Shown: in pieces, positions 18,584-28,709 of the stretch
Numbering within the stretch: position 1 is the stretch's first letter
How the letters are laid out: each line of letters begins with the position of its first letter
Assembly (NCBI GenBank): GCA_965262115.1
Contig: OZ253496.1
Span: 832,001 to 896,000 of the forward strand
Source: Nitrospinales bacterium
GTDB lineage: Bacteria; Nitrospinota; Nitrospinia; Nitrospinales; VA-1
DNA length: 64,000 bases
Direction: 5' to 3'
Notes under the pieces: model-generated
What the model saw: only the letters and a program-made list of their open reading frames with translations
The model's database searches: none
Told to the model about the DNA's origin: nothing
Translations under genes and position numbers: made by a program

Positions 18584-19386
18584 TTGATTTTACCGATGAG
18601 CAGATAGAGCGCTACAGTCGCCACATCATCCTTCCTGAAGTGGGAGGTGAGGGACAAAGCCACCTTTTAGAATCAAAAGTTCTTTTGGTGGGCGCGGGTG
18701 GACTGGGCTCTCCTGCCGCGTTTTATCTCGCCGCCGCTGGTATCGGCAACATGGGAATCATCGACTTCGATACCGTGGACCTCAGCAATCTGCAAAGGCA
18801 GATCATTCATAATACCGAGCGCATCGGCATGCTCAAAACCGAGTCCGCAAAAAAAACCATTTCAGCACTCAACCCGGATGTCAATGTCACGGTTTTTAAT
18901 GAGAGACTGAATTCGGAAAACATCATGCGCCTGTTCGAAGGCTATGATTATATTCTCGATGGCACCGACAATTTTGCCACGCGTTATCTCATCAATGACG
19001 CCTGTGTGATGACTGGAAAAACCAATATCCATGGCAGTATATTCCGTTTTGAAGGACAGGTAACCGTTTTTAAGTCTGACGAAGGCCCCTGCTACCGTTG
19101 CCTCTATCCGGAACCGCCCCCACCGGGTCTGGTTCCCAATTGTCAGGAAGGCGGCGTTTTGGGTGTGCTGGCAGGAGTGATCGGAAACCTGCAAGTGGTC
19201 GAGACCCTGAAACTAATTCTAGGGAAAGGAGAAACCCTGGTCGGTTCTCTGCTTATTTATGACGCACTGAAAACAGAATTCAGGAAACTGAAATTAAAGA
19301 AAGATCCGAAGTGTCCTATTTGTAGCGACCAACCCACGATCACCGAATTGGTTGACTATGAAGAATTTTGTGGTTTGTCGCGCTGA
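18580..19386 (+). CDS. moeB: MoeB/ThiF family adenylyltransferase
   Basis: RYSRH, GAGGLG, SNLQRQ, PCYRC, CPIC; no rhodanese domain. Confidence 0.9.
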   Translation: MIDFTDEQIERYSRHIILPEVGGEGQSHLLESKVLLVGAGGLGSPAAFYLAAAGIGNMGIIDFDTVDLSNLQRQIIHNTERIGMLKTESAKKTISALNPDVNVTVFNERLNSENIMRLFEGYDYILDGTDNFATRYLINDACVMTGKTNIHGSIFRFEGQVTVFKSDEGPCYRCLYPEPPPPGLVPNCQEGGVLGVLAGVIGNLQVVETLKLILGKGETLVGSLLIYDALKTEFRKLKLKKDPKCPICSDQPTITELVDYEEFCGLSR

Positions 19387-19455
19387 TAAAAGAATATAAA
19401 AAATACCGGTAATTTTTTGCACCGTAACCGGTTTAAAAGATATCTAATATCTGAA

Positions 19456-20469
19456 ATGTCAAAATCGATGAGATTTCCCATTCCCTTTGAGGTTCAGGCA
19501 CCAACTTGCCCTGTCATCACCGACCAATCGGTGTTGAAGGCGATCGGCAACACCCCTCTGATACGCATTCATAACTTGGGAAAAGAGTTCAAGGATGTGG
19601 ATATTTACGCTAAGGCCGAGTGGAAAAACGCCGGCGGTTCAGTAAAGTCTCGCCCTGCCCTGAGAATGATCGAAGATGGTGAAAAATCCGGCAAGCTCAC
19701 CAAAGATAAAATCATCCTCGATTCCACATCCGGCAACACCGGCATCTCCTATGCACTGATCGGCAAGGTAAAAGGCTATAAGGTCAAGCTGGTCATGCCA
19801 GCGAATGTCTCCAAAGAACGCAAAGGACTCATGGCTGATTTTTACGGCGCTGAAATTGTGACCTCCAGTCCCTTCGAAGGCTCCGATGGCGCGATCATCA
19901 TGGCCAAGAAAATCTATGAGGAAAATCCCGATATTTACTTCATGCCGGACCAGTACAACAACGACTCCAACTGGCAAGCGCATCAGGAAACCACGGCCCC
20001 TGAAATCTGGAACCAGACCAATCATCGGGTAACCCATTTTCTGGCGGGTATCGGAACCGGAGGTACCATTATGGGAACCAGCCGGGGCCTGCGCCAACTG
20101 AATCCTGATATCAAATGCTACGCGGTGGAACCGGCAGAATCCCTGCACGGTCTGGAAGGCCTCAAACATATGGAGACTTCCATCGTACCCGGAATTTATA
20201 AAGAAGAAGAACTGGATGGCAAAATTAGCATCCCGACCGATGAGGCCTATGACATGGTCGAAACCCTGGAAAAGCAGGAAGGTATTCTGGTCGGGCAATC
20301 TTCTGCCGCCGCCTTGGTGGGAGCCCTAAGGCTCGCCTCGCAGATTGGAAGAGGAGTGATTGTTACCGTGTTTCCAGACAGTTGTGAAAGATGTTACGTC
20401 AACTTCGGGCAATTCAAGCAGAATTACGAAACCCACTCCAGCACTAGGCGTGAGGCCAACGAGCAATAG
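19456..20469 (+). CDS. cysM: CysM-type PLP-dependent cysteine synthase
   Basis: IGNTPL, GGSVKSR, STSGNTG, GTGGT, HGLEGLKH. Confidence 0.85.
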   Translation: MSKSMRFPIPFEVQAPTCPVITDQSVLKAIGNTPLIRIHNLGKEFKDVDIYAKAEWKNAGGSVKSRPALRMIEDGEKSGKLTKDKIILDSTSGNTGISYALIGKVKGYKVKLVMPANVSKERKGLMADFYGAEIVTSSPFEGSDGAIIMAKKIYEENPDIYFMPDQYNNDSNWQAHQETTAPEIWNQTNHRVTHFLAGIGTGGTIMGTSRGLRQLNPDIKCYAVEPAESLHGLEGLKHMETSIVPGIYKEEELDGKISIPTDEAYDMVETLEKQEGILVGQSSAAALVGALRLASQIGRGVIVTVFPDSCERCYVNFGQFKQNYETHSSTRREANEQ

Positions 20470-20559
20470 CTCTATTTGGCGAGCAAGAGGTATGGGCGGA
20501 TTGACAAGCCTTTGCTATCTGCCTTCCCTGCCAAGGGGCAGCGAGTGGATCGATCAACC

Positions 20560-20886
20560 ATGCCACGTTTTCAAAAACATATTTTTATATGCATCAACGA
20601 AAGAAAAACCGATTATGCGAGAGGTTGTTGTCACGCACGCGGTTCCCAAGAGCTTCTGGATTACATGAAAAGTCGTGTCCACGAACTGGGGCTGAAAGGG
20701 AAAGTGCGCGTTAACAAAGCCGGGTGTCTGGATGCCTGCGCCCAAGGGCCATCCATGGTGGTTTATCCCGATGACGTCTGGTATTCCCCAAAGACGAAAG
20801 AAGACATGGAAGAAATCCTCACCGAACATATCCAGAACAACCGCCCCGTTGACCGACTAACCCTTCCCTTCAAGCCAAAAGCCTAG
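20560..20886 (+). CDS. Thioredoxin-like [2Fe-2S] ferredoxin
   Basis: HIFIC...GCC...AGCLDAC..GP..VVYP..VWY. Confidence 0.9.
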   Translation: MPRFQKHIFICINERKTDYARGCCHARGSQELLDYMKSRVHELGLKGKVRVNKAGCLDACAQGPSMVVYPDDVWYSPKTKEDMEEILTEHIQNNRPVDRLTLPFKPKA

Positions 20887-20904
20887 AGAAACAGGTCCCT
20901 GGTT

Positions 20905-21285
20905 TCAGGAGCCCTCTCTTTTCATAGGAGCGTGAGAATTGAGAATCCCGGAACTTAGAATTGCTTGATTCCCGTTAGCATATTTTCTGGCAGCGTAAAA
21001 ATGGTTGGTTGCATCGCCGTGCCGGCCTAGTTTATCTAAACACAATGCCTCATTGTAATGCGACTCACCCACACCAGAATCAATGCTCGATGCCATTTGG
21101 AAATGCTTCAAAGCCACATCGTAATGCCCTTGATTGTAATGGGAGATGCCTTCTTCATTGTGTTCATGCGCGCTGGCACTGGACCCTTCACGCATGGTAA
21201 ACTTCAAGGCCGCTTCATCCGCAAATACGGGTGCTGACAGAAAAACAAAAAGTACTACCACTAAAGCATAAATCAATTTTCTCAT
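20905..21285 (-). CDS. Secreted TPR protein
   Basis: Signal peptide (VFA/D); HNEEGISHY and HYNEALCL TPR helices. Confidence 0.8.
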   Translation of the reverse strand: MRKLIYALVVVLFVFLSAPVFADEAALKFTMREGSSASAHEHNEEGISHYNQGHYDVALKHFQMASSIDSGVGESHYNEALCLDKLGRHGDATNHFYAARKYANGNQAILSSGILNSHAPMKREGS

Positions 21286-21307
21286 CGGTCTCACCTTATT
21301 GATCAAC

Positions 21308-21355
21308 AGGGTTACAGAATACATTGTCCTTAGGGTTACAGAATACATTGTCCTT
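21308..21355. repeat. Perfect 24-bp tandem duplication
   Basis: AGGGTTACAGAATACATTGTCCTT x2. Confidence 0.95.
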
Positions 21356-21410
21356 ATTGCGTCGCTTAATGCGTCTATTCCTTACGGTTTTTTACGTTAA
21401 CACCCGGTAT

Positions 21411-22004
21411 TTAGCGAATCAGCCCGTCAATGGTGTCATTGATAGTGGCAAAAACATCTTTCATAGTCTTGCCGTATTTGAGAATCTTGTCGAATTCCGC
21501 TTCATATTCCATCGCCGCATGGCCAATTGCTTCCATTTCCACTTTCAAACGGACTAGCGACGTGTTCATTTCACTGATCCGGTTCACAAGGACTGCGATG
21601 AACTCATCCTTAAGTTTTTCCCGGGTCTCAGGATTGAGCTTTTCAAAAATCTTCGGATCCAACTGCAAAACTTTAGCCTTGGATTTAGCATAGATATTTG
21701 TAGTTCCAGGGGTTCTCGTTAGAAATGACACTTCGCCAAATAAAGCTCCCTCGGCAAGAGTGTTAATGGTTACTTTAGGCAAATCGTTTCGGGTCACGAT
21801 AGCCCCACCCTTAAGAAGTATGAATACCGCCATATCCGTCTGACCTTCCTCGACGATCGCCACTTTATCGGGGTATTCAATGACCTGGTTACTTAGCGCG
21901 GCAAACTCCTGCCTTTCAGTCACATTGAAAGACTTAAAAAAAGGAATATTATTGATCAACCTCAATGTTTCCTGAGGGGTTTTATTTTGAGTTTTTATAT
22001 CCAT
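21411..22004 (-). CDS. Cyclic nucleotide-binding domain protein with C-terminal coiled coil
   Basis: IPFF, IVEEG, GALFGEVSFL. Confidence 0.85.
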   Translation of the reverse strand: MDIKTQNKTPQETLRLINNIPFFKSFNVTERQEFAALSNQVIEYPDKVAIVEEGQTDMAVFILLKGGAIVTRNDLPKVTINTLAEGALFGEVSFLTRTPGTTNIYAKSKAKVLQLDPKIFEKLNPETREKLKDEFIAVLVNRISEMNTSLVRLKVEMEAIGHAAMEYEAEFDKILKYGKTMKDVFATINDTIDGLIR

Positions 22005-23791
22005 TATTCTCCCATATTATCTGATGTTAAGCGTTGCGACTGGCAAAGTTTATAAAAAACTCCTTTTTGCTGCAACAGCTCCTTTCGAGGGCCGAATTCC
22101 AATATTTTTCCCTGCTTTAATACAAGAATTTTGTCGGCGTGCAGAAGGGTGGATATCCGATGTGCAATTATAATGCTGGTTCTTCCACGCGTCAATTCCC
22201 GGATTCCATTCTGGATATGGCTCTCGGTTTCAGGGTCAACGCTGGAGGTCGCTTCATCCAGCACCAGTATGCGTGGATTGCTGGCCAAAGCCCGGGCAAA
22301 AGACAATAATTGCCGCTGGCCGGAGGAAATCCCAACCCCGCCTTCCTTTAGCTCCTGCTCGTATTTAAAAGGAATACTACTGATAAAATTATGTGAACTG
22401 ACGGCTTGCGAAATGGACTCGATTTCTTCCTGTCCCATCTGTTGGTTTCCCAGTCGAATATTATCCAAAATATTTCCTGAGAATAAAAATACATCCTGTT
22501 GAACAAGAGCAATTTGGCGGCGCAAGTCGTATTTATTAATATCACTGATGGATTTACCGTCAAATTGAATATCGCCTTTTTGAATATCATAAAAACGGCA
22601 AAGGGCATTGATGAGGGTGGATTTTCCCGAACCCGTCGCGCCAACAATGGCAAGGCTCTCCCCTTCTGACAGGAAAAAATTGATGTCCTCCAAGATAAAG
22701 TTTTCATCATTATAGGCGAACCAGACATTCTTAAACTCAACCGCCCCCTTTATTTTGAAATCTGGGTGAGACGGAACCTTGTCGGGCAATTGTTCAGGCG
22801 TGTCCAGCAGCTCAAAAATCCGTTCAGAAGATGCCATAGCCGTTTGAATGATATTGAATTTTTCCGCAAGGTCTCTTACTGGCTCAAAAAATTTCTGCAG
22901 GTACTGGATGAATGCCACCAGAATTCCCAACTGGATTTCATCCTGAACAAATCGCCCTCCCCCATACCAGATAACCATCCCCACAGCCAGCGAGTTGAAC
23001 AAATCGATGGAGGGCATATAAAGGGAATTGTAATAAACGGTTCTTAAGTCCTCTTGAAGCCGGTTACGGTTTATGCCGGTAAAGTTTTCCAGATTCGCCT
23101 TTTCCAGATTGAAGCATTGAACCGTATCCACACCTGATAAGTTTTCCTGCAGATAGGAATTGAGCTCCGAAACATGCGCCCGATTTTTTCTAAGCGCGTC
23201 ACGCGCCCGAATCCTGTACAAACGCGTGCCCCACGCCAGCAACGGGAAAACCGTGCAAACCACAAGCGTCAACCGCCAGTCCAGATAAAGCATGACAGCA
23301 AAAATTCCCGTCAATGTGAACAGGTCGCTGAAAATAAGGATGAGCCCGGAAGTCAACATTTCATTGAGAACCTCAACATCGTTCACCACCCGGGTGATCA
23401 TTTTCCCAATGGGGTTCTTGTCAAAATAGGAAAATGACATCTTATGGAGATGGGCAAACACTTTAGAACGCAGGTCAAACATGACTTTCTGGCCGATGTA
23501 CTGCATCAAATAATTCTGGAAAAACTGGAATACGAATGAAGCGATCAATACAGCCAGGTACAAACCCGCGACGACATCCAGCCCATTAAGGTCAGAAACT
23601 TTTATATAATCGTCAATAACGATCTTGGTGAAGTAGGGGCCTGCCAGATTGAGCAGAGAAACTCCTAAAAGCAGGAATATAGCGAGCGCCACCCACTGGC
23701 TATAAGGTTTCAGATAAACAAGCACCCGCTTAAATAAAACCCGCTCGCGGTACCGGTCTTTCATGTTTTCCATGTAAGTTCCACTCATCAA
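22004..23791 (-). CDS. ABC exporter, fused permease/ATPase subunit
   Basis: TM domain + GATGSGKST, ISSGQRQ, LDEATS, IAHR. Confidence 0.95.
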   Translation of the reverse strand: MMSGTYMENMKDRYRERVLFKRVLVYLKPYSQWVALAIFLLLGVSLLNLAGPYFTKIVIDDYIKVSDLNGLDVVAGLYLAVLIASFVFQFFQNYLMQYIGQKVMFDLRSKVFAHLHKMSFSYFDKNPIGKMITRVVNDVEVLNEMLTSGLILIFSDLFTLTGIFAVMLYLDWRLTLVVCTVFPLLAWGTRLYRIRARDALRKNRAHVSELNSYLQENLSGVDTVQCFNLEKANLENFTGINRNRLQEDLRTVYYNSLYMPSIDLFNSLAVGMVIWYGGGRFVQDEIQLGILVAFIQYLQKFFEPVRDLAEKFNIIQTAMASSERIFELLDTPEQLPDKVPSHPDFKIKGAVEFKNVWFAYNDENFILEDINFFLSEGESLAIVGATGSGKSTLINALCRFYDIQKGDIQFDGKSISDINKYDLRRQIALVQQDVFLFSGNILDNIRLGNQQMGQEEIESISQAVSSHNFISSIPFKYEQELKEGGVGISSGQRQLLSFARALASNPRILVLDEATSSVDPETESHIQNGIRELTRGRTSIIIAHRISTLLHADKILVLKQGKILEFGPRKELLQQKGVFYKLCQSQRLTSDNMGE

Positions 23792-25560
23792 AGAAAAATC
23801 TCCATTTCTCTGGCCAATGACTGGTTCTGGAACAGGCCCGCATAGACTCTACCTGCACGCGTCAGCGAAACATGACTGCCCTGTTCAAGTATTTTTCCCG
23901 CATCCATCACGATTATCTGGTCCGCATCACGAACAGCCGATAATCGGTGGGAAATAATCAGGGTGGTGGTTTGACTCGGCTGGCCTTGGATATTCCTTAA
24001 AATTTCTTCTTCGGTGTCCGAGTCCAGGTTTGAAAACGCGTCATCGAGAATCAGCACTTCGGGTTTCTTGATCAAAGCACGGGCCAGGGCCACCCTTTGC
24101 TTCTGGCCTCCCGACAACGAAACCCCACGCTCGCCGATCAACGTCTCCAATCCCTCCGGGAACCGTGCCACATCTTTGCTCAATCCGGCGATCCGGATAA
24201 TTTCTTCCAACTCAAGGTCTGTGGCAGGTCCCCTTCCCAACACGATATTGTCACGAATGGATGTAGAAAATAAAAAGGGTTCCTGACTCACATAACCTAT
24301 GGATTCTCGTAGTTTTTGCAGAGAGATTTCTTTTATGTGGCGGTTTCCTATCAATAAAGCACCTGCAGTCGGATCATAAAAACGTAAAAGCATTTGAGCC
24401 AAAGTGGTTTTTCCAGAACCGATCACACCCACCACTCCCAGCGTCTGGCCTCTGGGAATTTTAATATCGACTCCCCTTAAACTTGGTGTTTCTGCATCGG
24501 GGTAGGTAAACTGCAGTCCTTGAAACTCTATGTCACCCATTGGCTCCAGAGAACCAGCTCCTTCAAGGGCCGGTTTTATTTCAGGCTGGGCCTTAAAGAT
24601 TTCATGAATACGACTCATGGCCGCCATCCCTTTCTGGGTGAGGTTAAAAACATATCCGATTCCCATCATGGGCCATGAAAGAAGCATCAAATAACCATTA
24701 AATGCGACAAAAGATCCCAACGTCATGGAGCCGCCAATCACTGCCTTTCCTCCCAACCACAAAGAAAGCATCGCCGCCACCCCCATAACAAACACCATGG
24801 TGGGCGTGAAAATTCCAAACATTCGCGTGACATGCAGGTTTTTTTTGATGTATTCGTTATTCAGTTCTGCAAATTTTCTTTTTTCATTTTCCTCCTGGAC
24901 AAATGCGTGAAGAACCCGGATGCCAGCAAGGTTTTCCTGAACGTGACCTGTTATCAAAGCCAAATGCTCCTGCACCGCTTTATGACGCTTGCCGATTTCC
25001 TTAACAAAATAAAAAAACAAGAACGAAATAAAAGGTAGCGGCAGTAAAACCTTGAGAGCCAGATCAGCATTGATCCAGCTCATCATGCTCATGGCGGTGA
25101 TAATGACAAAAACCGCATCGATGAGAATCAACACCCCCAGCCCGATAAATTCCCTAACCGCCCGCAGATCATTGGTGGCGCGCGACATGATATCCCCTGT
25201 CGTTTGTTTCAGGTACCAGGCACGGTCTAAAGTTAAAAGATGGCTGAACAGCCGGTTCAGGATATCAAATTCAATTTTTCGGGAGGCTCCGAACATATAC
25301 ATCCTCCAGCCATAACGGCCCACCACAAGAAATAGAGCAATCAGCAAAAGAAGGAACGTATATTTCAAAAGAATTTCTGAAGAAGGCTTCCCCGGCAGGA
25401 CATCAATAAACTCCTTGATCAACCAGGGCACAACCAACGTCATGGAGTCCGTAATGATTAAAGCCACAATGCCTAATACCAGTTCCCTCTGGTATTTGGA
25501 TATATACGGCCAGAATGATTTTAAGTTTTCCAATTTGAATTCTTTTCCTCTTCCCACCAA
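23788..25560 (-). CDS. ABC exporter, fused permease/ATPase subunit (degenerate Walker B partner)
   Basis: GVIGSGKTT, LSGGQKQ, LDDAFS; start may be slightly downstream. Confidence 0.95.
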   Translation of the reverse strand: MVGRGKEFKLENLKSFWPYISKYQRELVLGIVALIITDSMTLVVPWLIKEFIDVLPGKPSSEILLKYTFLLLLIALFLVVGRYGWRMYMFGASRKIEFDILNRLFSHLLTLDRAWYLKQTTGDIMSRATNDLRAVREFIGLGVLILIDAVFVIITAMSMMSWINADLALKVLLPLPFISFLFFYFVKEIGKRHKAVQEHLALITGHVQENLAGIRVLHAFVQEENEKRKFAELNNEYIKKNLHVTRMFGIFTPTMVFVMGVAAMLSLWLGGKAVIGGSMTLGSFVAFNGYLMLLSWPMMGIGYVFNLTQKGMAAMSRIHEIFKAQPEIKPALEGAGSLEPMGDIEFQGLQFTYPDAETPSLRGVDIKIPRGQTLGVVGVIGSGKTTLAQMLLRFYDPTAGALLIGNRHIKEISLQKLRESIGYVSQEPFLFSTSIRDNIVLGRGPATDLELEEIIRIAGLSKDVARFPEGLETLIGERGVSLSGGQKQRVALARALIKKPEVLILDDAFSNLDSDTEEEILRNIQGQPSQTTTLIISHRLSAVRDADQIIVMDAGKILEQGSHVSLTRAGRVYAGLFQNQSLAREMEIFL

Positions 25561-25712
25561 CCAAAGTTATTTTCCTAGTCCTTTGATGGCTTTTTAGCTA
25601 GAATAGGTGCGGGTTTGAGTAAAATTCAAATGCTTCTCAAAGCAAACATTGTATCCTGTTTAATCCTTAGAGACCCACAATCACCTGAACCATCAAAAAG
25701 AAAGACCGTCTT

Positions 25713-27137
25713 ATGTACGGAGTAATATTGGCCGGGGGAAGCGGCACCCGGTTCTGGCCTAAAAGCCGCGAACAAAGCCCAAAACAATTGCAAAAAATCG
25801 TTGGCACCGGGACCATGCTTCAAAACACCGTTCAACGCTTACTGCCCTTGATTTCTATTGAAAATTTATACCTGGGCACCAACCATCAGCAAGCGGACGA
25901 GACTCTTCGCCAGCTAGATTCCTACGGTTTTTTTCCCGATCATCTCATGGCAGAACCCTGTAGCAGAAATACCGCATTAGCAATCGGTTTGATGGCAAAA
26001 GTAATCATCGAAAAAGATCCTGATGCGGTCATGGGTGTTTTTTCTGCTGACCATGTTGTAGCGAACTCCGAGAACTTTATCAAGACACTTCAAAAAGCAG
26101 AAACTATAGCCAAAAAGAGTTATCTCGTTACCCTTGGTATCCCGCCGACCCGGCCCGAAACCGGATTCGGTTACTTGCAACAGGGAGCTGAAATAGAAGA
26201 GGGAATCTATCAGGTAGTACGTTTTGTAGAAAAACCTGGGCGGCCTGAGGCTGAACAATATTTAAAGAATGGTCATTACTTTTGGAATTGCGGAATCTTC
26301 GTCTGGAAGGCTTCTACCATTCTTGAGGAATTGCAACAGCATGCAGAAAATATTTATTCACAGCTTGAAACTATTGCCAACTGCATCCAGAACGCAAAAG
26401 GAAAATCCGCCTATCTGGAACTGGATGAAAGAGGGCGCAACCTTTTTTCTTCCCTGCCTAGTCTTTCCATCGACTATGCGGTCATGGAAAATTCATCAAA
26501 GGTAGCCCTCATCCCCGCAGATATCGACTGGAACGATGTCGGTGCCTGGAACGCTTTGGACGATGTATCCAAAAAAGATTCTAAAGGCAATATCATCAGC
26601 GGAAATGTTCTGGCCCAAGATTGTAGCAACTCCATAATCCAGGCACAAAACCGGCTCATCGCTGTATTGGGATTAAAAGACACAATCGTGGTGGACAGTC
26701 CCGACGCCCTCCTGGTCTGCGCCAAGGAGCGTTCCCAGGATGTAAAAAAACTGGTCGAGTCCCTTAATGAAAACGGCCACCCTGAAGGCAAACAGTCCGC
26801 TACCGTTAATAAACCCTGGGGATCTTATACCGTATTGGAGTCTGGTTCCTCTTATGTGCTAAAGCGTATCGAAGTCTTGCCTGGAGAAGCACTCAGCCTG
26901 CAATCCCATCAGCACCGCAGTGAACATTGGACTGTTGTCTCAGGTTCAGCAGAAGTGGTACTGAACGAAGAAACTTTTCAATTAAAAAGCAATGACACCA
27001 TCACCATCCCCAAAAATGCCAAACACAGACTGGGAAACCCCGGTTCTGATCTGCTAGTAATTATTGAAATTCAGGTTGGCCATCTCCTGGATGAATCCGA
27101 CATCTCACGTTACGAAGACCGCTACGGTCGTTGCTGA
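25713..27137 (+). CDS. manC: Mannose-1-phosphate guanylyltransferase / mannose-6-phosphate isomerase
   Basis: LAGGSGTRFWP, FVEKP, SIDYAVME, cupin SLQSHQHRSEHW. Confidence 0.95.
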   Translation: MYGVILAGGSGTRFWPKSREQSPKQLQKIVGTGTMLQNTVQRLLPLISIENLYLGTNHQQADETLRQLDSYGFFPDHLMAEPCSRNTALAIGLMAKVIIEKDPDAVMGVFSADHVVANSENFIKTLQKAETIAKKSYLVTLGIPPTRPETGFGYLQQGAEIEEGIYQVVRFVEKPGRPEAEQYLKNGHYFWNCGIFVWKASTILEELQQHAENIYSQLETIANCIQNAKGKSAYLELDERGRNLFSSLPSLSIDYAVMENSSKVALIPADIDWNDVGAWNALDDVSKKDSKGNIISGNVLAQDCSNSIIQAQNRLIAVLGLKDTIVVDSPDALLVCAKERSQDVKKLVESLNENGHPEGKQSATVNKPWGSYTVLESGSSYVLKRIEVLPGEALSLQSHQHRSEHWTVVSGSAEVVLNEETFQLKSNDTITIPKNAKHRLGNPGSDLLVIIEIQVGHLLDESDISRYEDRYGRC

Positions 27138-27176
27138 TCTATTCCGCCCTTAAAATAGCGTGCGATGACCGGAACT

Positions 27177-28709
27177 TTAATTTTTCGGCAGTGAAATCAA
27201 AAAATAGTTTTTAATGGACTTTGAATCGACCAGTCGGTTGGCGTGTGCGCCGGCTTGATCCTTGGCCGGGAATTGTCCGACCCTGATTTTATACCAGTGG
27301 CCTCCGGCTCTTCGGACGGCCTTGACGACGTAGAGGCCTTCGACCCCTTTCTTTTTAAGACGCCGGATCATCCTATCCGCTTGTTTGGCAGAAATGACCG
27401 CGGCAATTTGAATGGTGTAGACCCTGTCTTCCTTCTTTGTTTGTGCTAGTTTTGATGCAGGCATCGATGTTAAAGATGAAAGCGACAGTTTATCCTCATT
27501 TTTCGAAACCAATTCACTGAAGCCAAGAACCAGCATAATTAAAACGGAAAGAACCGCAAAGCTGACCAGTTTGGCCCTCAACGAGAGTTCTCCGAACTGG
27601 ATGAGGCCTTCAAGAACCTGAAGAAGAACCCATTTAAATCCAATTAAAATTTTGCGGGTCAGCCAACCGAACCCTCTCCTTAATATTGTCATTCGGCCTG
27701 CAACCAGACCCATCTCCACTTTCAGGCGTTTCAAATCCTGAAGATCTTCCCGGCGGAAAAGTTTTATCTTTTTCAGTTTGGAAGCGATCCGGTTTTCCTC
27801 AGACTGTCTTCTAGCCTCCGCCTGCTGGTCAGAACTCAAGCCCGCAAACACTTCTCCGCATTTCTGGTGCAATTCAGGCGCGACCCCGGCAAGGTTTCCC
27901 TCACAATAACTATGGGCAAGATAATTCTTAATTTCTTCTTCCTCTTTTACTGAATAATTCAATGCAAACAGGTAAAACCTCAAAGCCAACTCATCCGTTC
28001 TTTTGTGAGCCAGGTAAATAGGCAGGGCAAATTGGATAATTTTACTGGAAAGCTCACTCTGATCTTCCAACGCACTCAAAAATAGCGGTTCGACTTTTCC
28101 GGACCATTGTCCAGCCTCAAGAAACAGACTGGACAGGTAATGAGTTAAAGTGGGGTCATGAATTTCCTCCTGCTGCACCATGACGAGAAGCAGATCCATT
28201 TCCTCCCGGGTGAGTTCCCGACCCTGGTTCAGAATAGCAAGGAGCGGCTTGCGAAAACGCGAATCCCTGGGGCTTTGCAAAAAGGCCTGCACATAAATAT
28301 TCAAGGCCCTGGGGGTTTCATCCCCAATTGATAGCAGGTAGTCCGCGTATAACAGAACTCCAAGAATTCGATACTGTTTTCCCGTTTCCGGTAAAAAATA
28401 AGAGGAGTAGGTAAAATTCAGGAGATTCTCATACTGGTTTTTAATATCGTCTGGGTTCGACTGAGGAGGAACATTTTTAATAAAGTGCAGAGCGTTAAAA
28501 AAACGTTGTTCCCCCACCATCCCATACGCAATGAACCCAAAAAACAGGCAGACGAGTAAGATCGCCCATTGGATCGGAACATCGTCAAACAGAACGTTTG
28601 GAAGCGCCACCTCGTGCAGAAAAAACAGAAGCGTAAAACCCAATCCAAAAATCAGGATTAACGAGACTGCAATTCGGGCCAGATAAAATTTAAGGGTCTG
28701 GTACAGCAT
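27177..28709 (-). CDS. Membrane protein with C-terminal SPOR domain
   Basis: TM segments; YTIQIAA...WYKIRVGQF. Confidence 0.8.
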   Translation of the reverse strand: MLYQTLKFYLARIAVSLILIFGLGFTLLFFLHEVALPNVLFDDVPIQWAILLVCLFFGFIAYGMVGEQRFFNALHFIKNVPPQSNPDDIKNQYENLLNFTYSSYFLPETGKQYRILGVLLYADYLLSIGDETPRALNIYVQAFLQSPRDSRFRKPLLAILNQGRELTREEMDLLLVMVQQEEIHDPTLTHYLSSLFLEAGQWSGKVEPLFLSALEDQSELSSKIIQFALPIYLAHKRTDELALRFYLFALNYSVKEEEEIKNYLAHSYCEGNLAGVAPELHQKCGEVFAGLSSDQQAEARRQSEENRIASKLKKIKLFRREDLQDLKRLKVEMGLVAGRMTILRRGFGWLTRKILIGFKWVLLQVLEGLIQFGELSLRAKLVSFAVLSVLIMLVLGFSELVSKNEDKLSLSSLTSMPASKLAQTKKEDRVYTIQIAAVISAKQADRMIRRLKKKGVEGLYVVKAVRRAGGHWYKIRVGQFPAKDQAGAHANRLVDSKSIKNYFLISLPKN

